Source: Candidatus Aminicenantes bacterium (GTDB lineage: Bacteria > Acidobacteriota > Aminicenantia > Aminicenantales > UBA4085). Taken from it: DNA of 58,582 nt. Where the stretch lies: contig JALHTW010000230.1 in assembly GCA_022866045.1 (NCBI GenBank), positions 1 to 58,582 of the forward strand, given 5' to 3'. Within the stretch, counting starts at the first letter, position 1. Each line of letters begins with the position of its first letter. Below are positions 50,001-58,364 of the stretch, one piece after another. Made by a program: the position numbers and the translations under genes. The notes beneath the pieces are model-generated. The model saw only the letters and a list, made by a program, of their open reading frames with translations, made no database searches and had not been told where the DNA came from.

Positions 50001-50343
50001 TCCAGCCGACGACTTGGGCCGAGCCGGGGCTGTGGGAAAGCCGTTTGGGTTGCCCGCCCTCGGCCGGCATGAGATAGACGGCCGGAACACCGTCGTATGC
50101 AGCCGTGAAGGCAATCCAATTCCCGTCGGGGGAAAATTTGGCGTAGGACTCGACGCCGGGGAACGTCGTGAGGCGGGAGGCCGTCCCTCCCTGGGCGCCG
50201 ACAAGCCAGAGGTCGCCTTCGTAAGTGAAGACGATCTTGTCTTTATGGATGCTGGGGTAGCGGAAAAAGCGGCCTTCGTCGGAGGCCAGACCGATCGTCG
50301 CAATGAAGACGAATAGAAGAACGGCGGTCAACAATTTTTTCAT
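47092..50343 (-). CDS. Exported tricorn-like S41 protease (beta-propellers, PDZ, S41 domain)
   Basis: Signal peptide, many PD40 S/T-PDG repeats, DMRRNSGG, GSDGE, WGGLVG, ENHGADPD. Confidence 0.9.
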   Translation of the reverse strand: MKKLLTAVLLFVFIATIGLASDEGRFFRYPSIHKDKIVFTYEGDLWLVGAQGGTASRLTTFPGVESYAKFSPDGNWIAFTAAYDGVPAVYLMPAEGGQPKRLSHSPGSAQVVGWTPDGERVVFRSMFENVVGRDPNLYFVSRNGSAPERFPLDRGVLVSFSPDGKKILYCRRGNEEYYWKRYKGGQYQDIWMYDFGTKKFTPVSDYVGKNSYPMWIGETMYFVSDRGNGISNIYSQKIGTKDIKPVTTYADFDVMMPSTDGQNIVFVQDGYIRGLDVKTGQANKIKLLIPSDRWALRPRTINPRDYIHNINISNDGRLAVLEARGDVFTVPTGKEPQNNLSRTPGTREMYPAVSPDGKYVAFFSDKSGDYQLYMQKTEGGEWTPLTTSLDRTVYRLLWSPDGKKILFGNKDFAIFYVDIATKKLVKVDESNQMKNDEFYWEISDYSWSPDGNWICYSFVQYNRNSQIFLYNLAQEKKYAVTDDFYDNLNPCFDANGKYLYFLSSRNFDVQMDFYEDNHVIATPQQVMVVQLRDGEKPPFTDGAPVEKADKKIEPEPFRIDIEGIQKRAFPVPAAPGNYFFLKAGKGKAIWCSVEKFTEDEYEEIFKPRGATKWNLHIFDMAEKKETVLSDKIREFDVAANGEHLIIRKNEDIYVSAVDKAFASKALGERLNLSGMTYDVDLQKEWNQIFSDAWRWYRDFFYDANFHGRDWKAMGDRYRAYIPQISSRDELNWVLSQMVGELCVSHTYIGGGDLGLQATPPAPVFTGLLGADLVPDKNAGYYKFEKIYGPTEINLSLQGPLVRPDIDVKEGHYLIAIHSAEVKAGDDYFKLLQTTSGKKIKITVNSKPSAEGAKTYDIEPIRSDSSLRYFRWLSDNIKKVEKASSGKLGYMHINAMNSGGIGEFDKFWRAFRYKDGLIIDMRRNSGGWTEYFLIDKLERELTAFNVLRNMVPFRYPGTAGNGAYVVISNENNGSDGEAFVEDFKARKLGTVVGVTSWGGLVGILNRQTTIDNGYVEQSNNAFYGRDGKWLVENHGADPDVLIDNDPASVMAGRDVQLEKAIEVILDKIKKNPFSFSPRPAYPKK

Positions 50344-50366
50344 GAATGAACCTCCCTAAGATAAAT

Positions 50367-50604
50367 GGGGACGTACTCCGAATTCCTGAATTCGGCACGT
50401 GTCTCCTGAAGTTTTAGGACTATTATTTAACACAGAAATAGTCGAAGGTTCAATGAATTCGGGGTAAGCATATCTGTTCGTACGATTCCACTCGGCCTCC
50501 GGCGCCGAGTGAAGATCGAATATTTAGAAATGCTTCCGAATTCGGGGATTCGGCAAAAATGCGAAATTCATCCCCCAACGCATTTGCCGGGATTCGCCGA
50601 ATTC
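50367..50604. repeat. Array of three GAATTCGG-containing palindromes
   Basis: Hairpins at 50367-50406, 50455-50543 and 50538-50604; five GAATTC sites. Confidence 0.6.
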
Positions 50605-50945
50605 TATTTGATGCGATAGAACCACATCAGGGGGAGCCAGAGCTGGTGGCCGTAGGGGATTTTCTTGTGGTTGACGAGGATCTCTGTGCTTTCCCAGTCG
50701 TTGATGATGTTGAACAGGTCGAAGAGGTCATCGACTTCGGAGGGCGTGTAAACGGCAGAATGGCGGATCCACTCGCCGTCTCCCTCTTCTTTATAGGTGG
50801 GATTCTTTTTGGCGAGGGCCACGGCTTTGTTATAGTCGTCCGACATTTTGTAGCCGAAGACGACCGTGATCCGAAAGGATTTGGCCTTGCTGCTGGGGAA
50901 AAGGATGTCTTCTAGTTTCTCCTGCGTCGCCCGATCTCGCTTCAT
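50604..50945 (-). CDS. Hypothetical protein (113 aa)
   Basis: Genome-like codon usage, own promoter TTGAAG-17-TAAAGT, C-terminal LWLPLMWF; no family recognised. Confidence 0.65.
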   Translation of the reverse strand: MKRDRATQEKLEDILFPSSKAKSFRITVVFGYKMSDDYNKAVALAKKNPTYKEEGDGEWIRHSAVYTPSEVDDLFDLFNIINDWESTEILVNHKKIPYGHQLWLPLMWFYRIK

Positions 50946-51168
50946 GTCCTTACTTTACCAATTTTTAGGATATTCTTCAATATTTCCCAACTTTTCGGCG
51001 GCAACAAAAGCCTGAAGCAAGATTTCGCCTCGTTTTCAGGCGATGAGGATCATTCGCTCGTTCCATTCCGGTGTCGAAGTCGGCCAAGGGAGAATGAAAA
51101 ATTGATGAAAAAAATAGCGGATTGGGATTAGTATATATATATCCTTCATGTCAAAAAAGGGAGGCACA

Positions 51169-52749
51169 GTGAAAAATATCATAAGGAAGGCAAGCTTTTA
51201 TCTTCTGGCTCTTTTTGTCATCATGGCCCTTTTTCGAAAGGCCGGGGCTCAGGACCTGAGCGATATCGCCCAGGTCAAGCCCGGGCGAGCCCGCGCGGTC
51301 ACGTCGGCCGACCCGGACCCGAACAGCAATGCCGATCGGATCAAGATCGTCGCGCCCGGAGAGACCAGGGTCTTAGCCGACCTTAAAGGGCCGGCAGTCA
51401 TCCGCCACATCTGGCTGACATTCAACGAAGCGAGGCCGAACTGGCTTGAAGCAGGAGGATCGGCCCGGCCGGACGAGATCGTCCTTCGGATGTATTGGGA
51501 CGGGGACGCCGAGCCAGCCGTCGAAGCCCCTGTCGGCGATTTCTTCGGCGCAGGCTTCGGGCTGCGCAGGGAGCTCAAATCCGTCCCGGTCCAGGTCGAG
51601 ACCGGCGACGGCTATAATTGTTACTGGCCGATGCCGTTTTTCAAGCGCGGGGTCATCACCATCACCAACGAAAGCGAGAAGAACATCCGCAGCTTCTACT
51701 ATCACATCGATTACACGGAAGAAGAGAAGCTCTCCCAAAAAACCGCCTACTTTTGTGCCCAGTATAAGAACGAATTTCCAGAAAAGACCGGCTCCGATTA
51801 TCTCATTCTGGATGCGGAAGGCGAAGGGCATTACGTTGGGACGGTCATGTCCGCCCGTTCGCGAAGCCCGTTCTGGTTCGGAGAAGGAGACGCCAAATTC
51901 TATGTTGACGGCGACGAAAAGCCGACCATCCAAGGGACCGGGACCGAGGACTATTTCCTCATGGCCTGGGGGCTGAACGAGACAAACTTTCCCTATTTCG
52001 GCTGCACGTATATGAGCACGGATTTCGAGGACCTGGGAACGGAATACTGCCTCTACCGCTGGCATATCGCCGACCCCGTGCGCTTCACAAAGTCGCTCCG
52101 TTTCGAGATCGAGCACAAAGGATGGATCAGCGACGACGAGACCGAAAGCGGCAAAGTCGAAGGCCACGTCGAGCGCGAAGACGATATCGCCACGGTCGCC
52201 TTCTGGTACCAGGTCGGACAGCCGAAACGTTTCACCACGCTCCCTTCGCTCGGCCGGCGGCTTTTTCCCAACCTGGATATCGTGACCGAAGGCAAAACGC
52301 TTCTCCCCACGGCCAAACATTCGCCGGGCCTGATCGAGCTCCAGAAAGGTTACGACTGGACGGGTGACGGCCAAGTCTTCTTCATGCCCGCGAGTGACAG
52401 CCCTGTTCTCGAAGTCGATTTTCAGGTGGAGAGGGGGGAATATCGCGGGCTGATCCTGCGCTTCACGTACGCCGAGGACTACGGCATTTACCGGATCTTT
52501 CTCGATGGAAAGAACGTTCGCCAGCCGGCCGACTACTTGGCCGGACAGAAGATCGCGGACTATGATTTTTACTCGAAAGACCTTCAGGTCAAGGATAATT
52601 ATTTGGGAAGCTTCAAGCTTGGGCCGGGAAAACACTCGTTGCGGCTCGAATGCGTCGGCAAGAATCCGCTGTCCAAGGGAAAATACGTTGGGCTCGACTC
52701 CATCCGCCTGCGCGAGCGGTGGATCAAGAAGCGGAAACTGCTGTCGTGA
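51169..52749 (+). CDS. DUF2961 / GH172-like exported glycosidase with C-terminal beta-sandwich domain
   Basis: GPAVIRHIWLT, MYWDG, PVGDFFG, NCYWPMPF, GEGD, GTGTEDYF, YRWHIADP; GTG start after GGAGG. Confidence 0.8.
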   Translation: MKNIIRKASFYLLALFVIMALFRKAGAQDLSDIAQVKPGRARAVTSADPDPNSNADRIKIVAPGETRVLADLKGPAVIRHIWLTFNEARPNWLEAGGSARPDEIVLRMYWDGDAEPAVEAPVGDFFGAGFGLRRELKSVPVQVETGDGYNCYWPMPFFKRGVITITNESEKNIRSFYYHIDYTEEEKLSQKTAYFCAQYKNEFPEKTGSDYLILDAEGEGHYVGTVMSARSRSPFWFGEGDAKFYVDGDEKPTIQGTGTEDYFLMAWGLNETNFPYFGCTYMSTDFEDLGTEYCLYRWHIADPVRFTKSLRFEIEHKGWISDDETESGKVEGHVEREDDIATVAFWYQVGQPKRFTTLPSLGRRLFPNLDIVTEGKTLLPTAKHSPGLIELQKGYDWTGDGQVFFMPASDSPVLEVDFQVERGEYRGLILRFTYAEDYGIYRIFLDGKNVRQPADYLAGQKIADYDFYSKDLQVKDNYLGSFKLGPGKHSLRLECVGKNPLSKGKYVGLDSIRLRERWIKKRKLLS

Positions 52750-52801
52750 AATTCGGGGACACAAACTAAATTTTGGAATGACGTATTGTGTCCCAGAATT
52801 T
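52749..52801. repeat. GGGGAC-type REP-like palindrome between convergent genes
   Basis: AAATTCGGGGACACAA...TTGTGTCCCAGAATTT. Confidence 0.6.
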
Positions 52802-52824
52802 TTTAGGGAGGATCGGCTCGCTGC

Positions 52825-53241
52825 CTACCGGTATTCGTTAATGATTTTCTGGATAAAGTCGTTGATCTTCCTCTGCAATTCCCCCAAGCGCTGCGGGGTC
52901 AATTTGTCCTGGAAGTCCTTATATTCCATGAACGTCACCCCGAATTTCTCATAGACGGCCTCGACTTCTTTTTCGGCCTGCGTCAAATCGTCCTTGTATT
53001 TGTCGCGGATGAGCACAGAGCGGGCCGTGATCTCGACATAGACATCCTCGTTCATTTTGGGCGGCGGGGGAGGTTTCTGCTCAGCCGCCTTAGCGGCCTC
53101 TTCCGCGGCTTGTTCCGCCTCCAGGCGGGATTGTTCGAGCTCGTCCAGTGTCGGCTTGTCTGAACTCGTCTTGCATCCGGGGGCGTTGAGAAGAATCAGG
53201 ACGGCCCATGACACAAGGGCGATAACGAAGATTTTTTTCAT
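52825..53241 (-). CDS. Hypothetical lipoprotein
   Basis: True start MKKIFVIAL at 53241 after GAAGGA; signal peptide ending APG-C; Ala/Pro linker then helical domain. Confidence 0.65.
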   Translation of the reverse strand: MKKIFVIALVSWAVLILLNAPGCKTSSDKPTLDELEQSRLEAEQAAEEAAKAAEQKPPPPPKMNEDVYVEITARSVLIRDKYKDDLTQAEKEVEAVYEKFGVTFMEYKDFQDKLTPQRLGELQRKINDFIQKIINEYR

Positions 53242-53452
53242 GGTTATTTCCTTCTTCAATTCGATACTCCATTCAATAGCCGTCTTTAGCTTTTTTGTCA
53301 AGCCTCGATAAATTGTGTCCGCATCCCCAATTCCAAAGAGGACACGAAGAAGTGTTTCTATGAATTCGGTATGTGTCCCTGAAAAAAGATTTACTTCTTT
53401 GTTCGGATTAAGTATAAGTTTAAACGAGAAATTCATCACCACGGGAGGGACA

Positions 53453-54817
53453 ATGAGCGACGATCTCAAAAATCCAAGCCGAAGGGATTTTCTTAAGACC
53501 GGAGCCATTGCCGGGATCGGGACGGCCATGGCCGGGCTCGACCTGGCTACGCCTGCTCGAGCCCAGGGCAAGGGCGAAGGCCGCAGCCAGTTCAAGGACG
53601 CGCCTATCGACACCGTTCGCGTCGGGTTCGTCGGCGTCGGCGGCATGGGTTCGAGCCACGTCCAGAACTACTTGAACATCGAGGGCGTCCAGATCAAGGC
53701 CATCTGCGACATCGTCCCCGAAAAAGTCGAGCGCGCCCAGAAATGGGTTGTTGCCGCGGGACAGCCGGAACCGACCGGCTATTCGAATGGTCCCACAGAT
53801 TTCAAGCGCATGTGCGAGACCGAGGACCTGGACCTCGTCATGACGGCCACGCCCTGGGAATGGCATGTCCCGGTCTGTGTCGCGGCCATGAAGAACGGCA
53901 AGCACGCCGCGACCGAGGTGCCGGCGGCCATGAGCCTCGAGGACGGCTGGAAACTCGTCGAGACAGCCGAGAAATACGGCAAGCACTGTCAGATGATGGA
54001 GAACTGCTGCTACGACCGGATCGAGCTCATGACGCTGAACCTCGTCCGCAAGGGCGTCCTGGGTGAGGTTCTCCATGCTGAGGCCGGATACCTCCACGAC
54101 CTGCGCGAGGTGAAGTTCTCAAGCCAGGGCGAGGGGTTGTGGCGGAGGGCCTGGTCGCAGAAGCTCAACGGCAACCTCTACCCGACGCACGGCCTCGGCC
54201 CTGTGGCCCAGTGCCTGAACATCAACCGGGGCGATGCATTTGATTACCTGGTTTCCATGAGCAGCCCCACCCGCGGCCTCCACGAGCACGCCATGGAGAA
54301 GTTCGGCCCCGACTCGCCGCAGGCCAAGGAGCGCTACGTCCTGGGTGACGTCAACACGAGCCTGATCAAGACAAAGCTCGGCAAGACGATCATCCTCATT
54401 CACGATACGAACCTTCCGCGGCCGTACACCCGGATCAATTTGGTCCAGGGAACGAAAGGTATCGCCCATAAGTGGCCGGACCGGATCTACATCGAAGGAA
54501 AAGCTGAAAAGCCCCATCAATGGGACGATTTCGAGAAGTTTGCCGCCGAGTTCGAGCACCCGCTCTGGAAAGCAATCGCGGCGAAAGGCGAGGGCCGCGG
54601 CCACGGCGGTATGGACTACATCGAGGACTTCCGGCTGATATGGTCGCTCCGCAAGGGCGAGCCGCTCGACCAGGACGTCTATGACGCGGCGGCCTGGAGT
54701 GCGATCGTCGGCGCGAGCTGCCAGTCGGTGGCGAAGAAGGGCGCGCCGGTCAATATTCCGGATTTTACGCGGGGCAAGTGGAAGTCCAACCCGCCGCTGG
54801 GGATCGTCACAGTCTAG
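53453..54817 (+). CDS. Tat-exported Gfo/Idh/MocA oxidoreductase, GH109 (alpha-N-acetylgalactosaminidase)-like
   Basis: SRRDFLK Tat motif, GVGGMG, TPWEWH, EVPAA, ENCCY, YPTHGLGP, GHGGMD. Confidence 0.88.
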   Translation: MSDDLKNPSRRDFLKTGAIAGIGTAMAGLDLATPARAQGKGEGRSQFKDAPIDTVRVGFVGVGGMGSSHVQNYLNIEGVQIKAICDIVPEKVERAQKWVVAAGQPEPTGYSNGPTDFKRMCETEDLDLVMTATPWEWHVPVCVAAMKNGKHAATEVPAAMSLEDGWKLVETAEKYGKHCQMMENCCYDRIELMTLNLVRKGVLGEVLHAEAGYLHDLREVKFSSQGEGLWRRAWSQKLNGNLYPTHGLGPVAQCLNINRGDAFDYLVSMSSPTRGLHEHAMEKFGPDSPQAKERYVLGDVNTSLIKTKLGKTIILIHDTNLPRPYTRINLVQGTKGIAHKWPDRIYIEGKAEKPHQWDDFEKFAAEFEHPLWKAIAAKGEGRGHGGMDYIEDFRLIWSLRKGEPLDQDVYDAAAWSAIVGASCQSVAKKGAPVNIPDFTRGKWKSNPPLGIVTV

Positions 54818-54855
54818 ATAAAAAGGAGACAGCGTCTTTTGTCCCACTGATTTTG

Positions 54856-54901
54856 AAAATCCCTTTTTCCCCCTTCATAAAAGATAGAGGGGGATTTTTT
54901 T
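54856..54901. terminator. Possible bidirectional terminator between the GH109-like gene and queA
   Basis: AAAATCCCTTTT...AGAGGGGGATTTTTT inverted repeat with A/T tails. Confidence 0.4.
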
Positions 54902-54903
54902 AT

Positions 54904-55941
54904 CTATAGGATCAGCATGCAGTCGCCGTAGGAGAAGAAGCGATATTTCTCCCGGACTGCTTCACGGTAGGCTTCCATGATGAGGTCGCGGCCGGCGAAG
55001 GCGGCAACGAGCACGAGAAGCGTTGACTTGGGGAGATGAAAATTCGTTAAAAGTTTGTCCACAACTTTGAATTCATAGCCGGGATAAATAAATAGAGAAG
55101 TGCTTCTGCGGCTCGGTTGGATCCCGCCTTTATCAGAAGAATAAGCACTCTCTAAGGTCCGAACGACCGTCGTCCCGACAGCGACGACAGGACGGATTTC
55201 TTTTTTTGCCTGATTGATTTTCGAGGCCGCCGTTTCCGGGACCGTATAGGTCTCTTCGAGCATCTTGTGCTCTTCCAGGCGCTCGACGCGCATCGGCTGG
55301 AATGTCGCCAGCCCGACGTCGAGCGTGACATCCGTAACCAGGACTCCCTTCTGCCGGATATCCTTCAGGACCTTCGGCGTGAAATGCAGACCGGCCGTCG
55401 GCGCGGCAATGGCCCCTTCTTTTTCGGCGAAGATAGTCTGATAGCGTTCGAGGTCCTGCGGCCTTAAGGCGCCGTTCTCTTTTTTCCTTTTGATATAAGG
55501 AGGGAGCGGGGCGAAGCCGATTTTTTTGAGATGCCCCAGGACGTCCGGCGCGGAAAACTTCAGGGTCCGCCGGCCGTCATCCCCGGCATCGATGACCTCG
55601 GCTCTAAAACCGGGTCCGAATTCGATCCGCTCTCCGGTCTTAACTCTCTTGGCCGGCCGGCACAGGACGTCCCAGACGCCCTTCTCTTTTTCCTTGATCA
55701 AGAGGAATTCAACGTCCTTGCCGTCCTTTTTTCCCCAGACTTTGGCCGGAATGACCTTTGTGTTGTTGAGGACGAGGACGTCGCCTTTTTGCAAATGATC
55801 GGGGAAATCCTTGAACCGCGCGTGAAAGATTTTCCCTTCATTGCGCGTGACGACCATCATCCGCGATGAGTCGCGCTCAGCCAGAGGTTTTTGGGCGATG
55901 AGCTCAGGCGGGAGGTCGTAGTTGAAGTCGGAGACGCGCAC
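54904..55941 (-). CDS. queA: S-adenosylmethionine:tRNA ribosyltransferase-isomerase
   Basis: LPPELIAQ, PLPPYI, AAPTAGLHFT, TNFHLPKSTL, FFSYGD. Confidence 0.96.
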   Translation of the reverse strand: MRVSDFNYDLPPELIAQKPLAERDSSRMMVVTRNEGKIFHARFKDFPDHLQKGDVLVLNNTKVIPAKVWGKKDGKDVEFLLIKEKEKGVWDVLCRPAKRVKTGERIEFGPGFRAEVIDAGDDGRRTLKFSAPDVLGHLKKIGFAPLPPYIKRKKENGALRPQDLERYQTIFAEKEGAIAAPTAGLHFTPKVLKDIRQKGVLVTDVTLDVGLATFQPMRVERLEEHKMLEETYTVPETAASKINQAKKEIRPVVAVGTTVVRTLESAYSSDKGGIQPSRRSTSLFIYPGYEFKVVDKLLTNFHLPKSTLLVLVAAFAGRDLIMEAYREAVREKYRFFSYGDCMLIL

Positions 55942-56984
55942 TAATCTTTGAACAATTTCTTCTGGTGAGGATGGGGATGCTCTTGATGCGGATAGGCGAA
56001 TCCGAGATGCTCATAGGCTTTGGCCGTGAGCTTCCGGCCGCGGATTGTGCGGTCGAGAAAGCCGATGCGCATCAGGAACGGCTCGTAGATGGATTCGATC
56101 GTGTCCTTTTCCTCGTCGATGGCCGCGGCGATCGTCCCGACCCCGACCGGCCCGCCGCCGAAATTCTCGAGGATGGTCAGCAGGATCTTGCGGTCCACGT
56201 CGTCCAGGCCTAAGGAATCGACGTCCATCATATCCAGCGCGTAATGGGCTTCCTTGGCCGTGATCACGCCTTTGGCCTTGACGTCCACGTAATCGCGCAC
56301 GCGGCGGAGGAGGCGATTGGCGACGCGCGGCGTGCCGCGGGAGCGGAGCGCGATCTGCTCTGCGCCAGGCTCGTCGATCTTGACCTTAAGGAGCGCCGCC
56401 GACCGCAAAATGATCTTCTTCAAGTCTTCATCCTTGTAGTAATCCAGGCGGTGGATGATGCCGAACCGGCCGCGCAGCGGGGCCGTGATTCTTCCGGCGC
56501 GCGTGGTGGCGCCGATCAGCGTGAATTTTCGCAGCTTCAGCTTGTGGCTCCGGGCGCTCGGTCCCTGGCCGATGAGGATGTCGAGGCTGAAGTCCTCCAT
56601 GGCAGAGTAGAGAATTTCCTCGACCGAAGGATGGAGGCGGTGGATTTCGTCGATGAAAAGAACTTCCTTCGACTGGAGATTGGACAGGATCGCCGATAAA
56701 TCCCCGGTCCGCTCGATCACCGGGCCGGCCGTCGGTTTGATGCCTACGCCCATTTCTTTAGCGATGAGATAAGCCAGGCTCGTCTTGCCCAGGCCCGGCG
56801 GCCCATAGAGAAGGACATGGTCGAGGTGTTCGTCCCGTTTTCGCGCGGCCTCGATGAAGACCTTCAAGTTGGATTTGATGTGCTCCTGGCCGATGAATTC
56901 CTCGAAGTTCCGCGGCCGGAGGCTGTCCTCGAAGAGGAGGTCTTCTTTGGTCCGGACAGGCGTCAAAACGGCGGTCGTGCTCAT
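55941..56984 (-). CDS. ruvB: Holliday junction branch migration helicase RuvB
   Basis: [29 protein letters not shown]. Confidence 0.97.
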   Translation of the reverse strand: MSTTAVLTPVRTKEDLLFEDSLRPRNFEEFIGQEHIKSNLKVFIEAARKRDEHLDHVLLYGPPGLGKTSLAYLIAKEMGVGIKPTAGPVIERTGDLSAILSNLQSKEVLFIDEIHRLHPSVEEILYSAMEDFSLDILIGQGPSARSHKLKLRKFTLIGATTRAGRITAPLRGRFGIIHRLDYYKDEDLKKIILRSAALLKVKIDEPGAEQIALRSRGTPRVANRLLRRVRDYVDVKAKGVITAKEAHYALDMMDVDSLGLDDVDRKILLTILENFGGGPVGVGTIAAAIDEEKDTIESIYEPFLMRIGFLDRTIRGRKLTAKAYEHLGFAYPHQEHPHPHQKKLFKD

Positions 56985-56993
56985 TTATTTCTT

Positions 56994-57581
56994 TTACACC
57001 TTCGCCATCTTTTTCAAGCACTCCCGGAGGAGCTTCTCGAACCCGGCTTCTTCGGAATGATGCCTGAGCGTATCATCCACGACCCTCTCGACTTCCTTGC
57101 GCCGGAAGCCGAGGTTTAAGAGGGCCGAGATCAGGTCTTCTTTTTCCTGGGAGCCTTTGACCGCGAGCAGCTTCTCTTTCTTTTCGATCTTGTCCTGGAG
57201 TTCCATCGTGATGCGGAGGGCCGTCTTCTTTCCGATCCCGGGGATCATCGAAATGCGGCCGACGTCGCTTTTCTTGATGGCGTCCTCGAGTTCGGCGGCT
57301 TCTATTCCCGAGAGAATGTTCATAGCCAGCTTAGGCCCGATCCCGGAAATTCCGATGAGCTTCAAAAACAGATCGCGCTCGTCCTCGGTCATGAACCCGA
57401 AGAGCGACAGGGCGTTATCCGTGAGGTGGGTGTGGATAAGAAGCTCCGCCGGCTGGCCGACATCGCCGAGCTTGAAGTACGTCGTCAGGGGGATTGCCGC
57501 GCAATAGCCCACGCCGTTGATGTCGATGATGACCTGGTGGGGTCGCTTCTGGAAGATTGTGCCTTTGAGATACGCGATCAT
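56994..57581 (-). CDS. ruvA: Holliday junction DNA-binding protein RuvA
   Basis: MIAYLKG, GVGY, ISGIGPKLA, IPGIGKKTA, ALLNLGF. Confidence 0.96.
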   Translation of the reverse strand: MIAYLKGTIFQKRPHQVIIDINGVGYCAAIPLTTYFKLGDVGQPAELLIHTHLTDNALSLFGFMTEDERDLFLKLIGISGIGPKLAMNILSGIEAAELEDAIKKSDVGRISMIPGIGKKTALRITMELQDKIEKKEKLLAVKGSQEKEDLISALLNLGFRRKEVERVVDDTLRHHSEEAGFEKLLRECLKKMAKV

Positions 57582-57590
57582 ATCGCCGTC

Positions 57591-57619
57591 ATTTTAAAAT
57601 AAAAACGGTCTAAAATCAA
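57591..57619 (-). promoter_or_regulatory. sigma70-type promoter directly upstream of ruvA
   Basis: TTGATT-17 nt-TAAAAT, 9 nt above the ATG. Confidence 0.5.
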
Positions 57620-58171
57620 AAAATGGGGTGAGGCCTCCTGGCGGTACACGAGCTTCAGTGGCTTTGGCAAAGTCAGGGCATAGATCGGACAAACACCGGG
57701 CGCGTCGCTAAGGAGCGGAGAAGCCTCCTCAATCTTCAAGACAAAACGGGAAGAAGCCTTACTGTGGCTCGAATCGGTTATCATATTCCGCGACGAATTG
57801 CTCGAAATGATGGAAGAGAACCTGGCCGAGAACCGACTTCTCCGGATGACGAGGACGATAGACTCCCGCCACGGCGGGAGAATGGCCTCAAGAAACGGGC
57901 CAAAGCCATGGATCGGACCGCGCCTCCCTGGAAAGACGTGATGAGGCCCGGCTCGAACGAGAAAATCAAGTGAGAAAACGTCAACAGGTGTTGACGCTAA
58001 GCGGAGGAAATGGGAAACGTAAGGGTTACGGACACAGCCCGGCTTCTCTTTGAAATCACCGACGAAATCGTCCGTCGCTACGACGCCTCCAAGGCGGCGG
58101 CCGCGCCCGTCAAGGAGTAGCGGCTCGGGCGCCTAAGCTCCCGCGCCGGGCCTCTCGACCGGCTCCTCGGT

Positions 58172-58332
58172 GAACTCGCGCGGGTCGTCTCCGAACGGAT
58201 CATCGCCCCTGTTGGAAGCGCATCTGCGCAGCCGCGATCGTTTACGGGCCGAGTGCAGGCAGCGCTTCCTGCCGCTGGCGCGCGGCCTGGGCGAGGAAAG
58301 CGAAGAGATCAACCTGCTGGCTATGCTGGATG
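58172..58332 (+). pseudogene. Frameshifted fragment resembling the C-terminal extension of a DEAD-box RNA helicase
   Basis: ELARVVSERIIA / LLEAHLRSRDRLRAECRQRFLPLARGLGEESEEINLLAML joined by a frameshift at the C run near 58206; recognition from memory only. Confidence 0.4.
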
Positions 58333-58364
58333 AGCCGAGCCCGCGGCCCAGGCGCGTTTAAGAC

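Noticed and set aside
50367-50604. Possible CRISPR array (recurrent GAATTCGG)
   Set aside because: No constant-length direct repeats with unique spacers, and no cas genes in the window.
51132-51142. TATATATATAT tract upstream of the DUF2961 gene as a phase-variation switch
   Set aside because: Only about 5 units in an AT-rich promoter region; no clear -35/-10 spacing depends on it.
47671-52764. Long shadow ORFs 47671-49407 (+) and 51373-52764 (-)
   Set aside because: Antisense to tricorn and the DUF2961 gene; same codon-bias artefact.
53242-53646. N-terminal extensions of track ORFs 52825-53646 (-) and 53315-54817 (+)
   Set aside because: Signal peptides and SD sequences place the real starts at 53241 and 53453; the extensions cross an intergenic palindrome.
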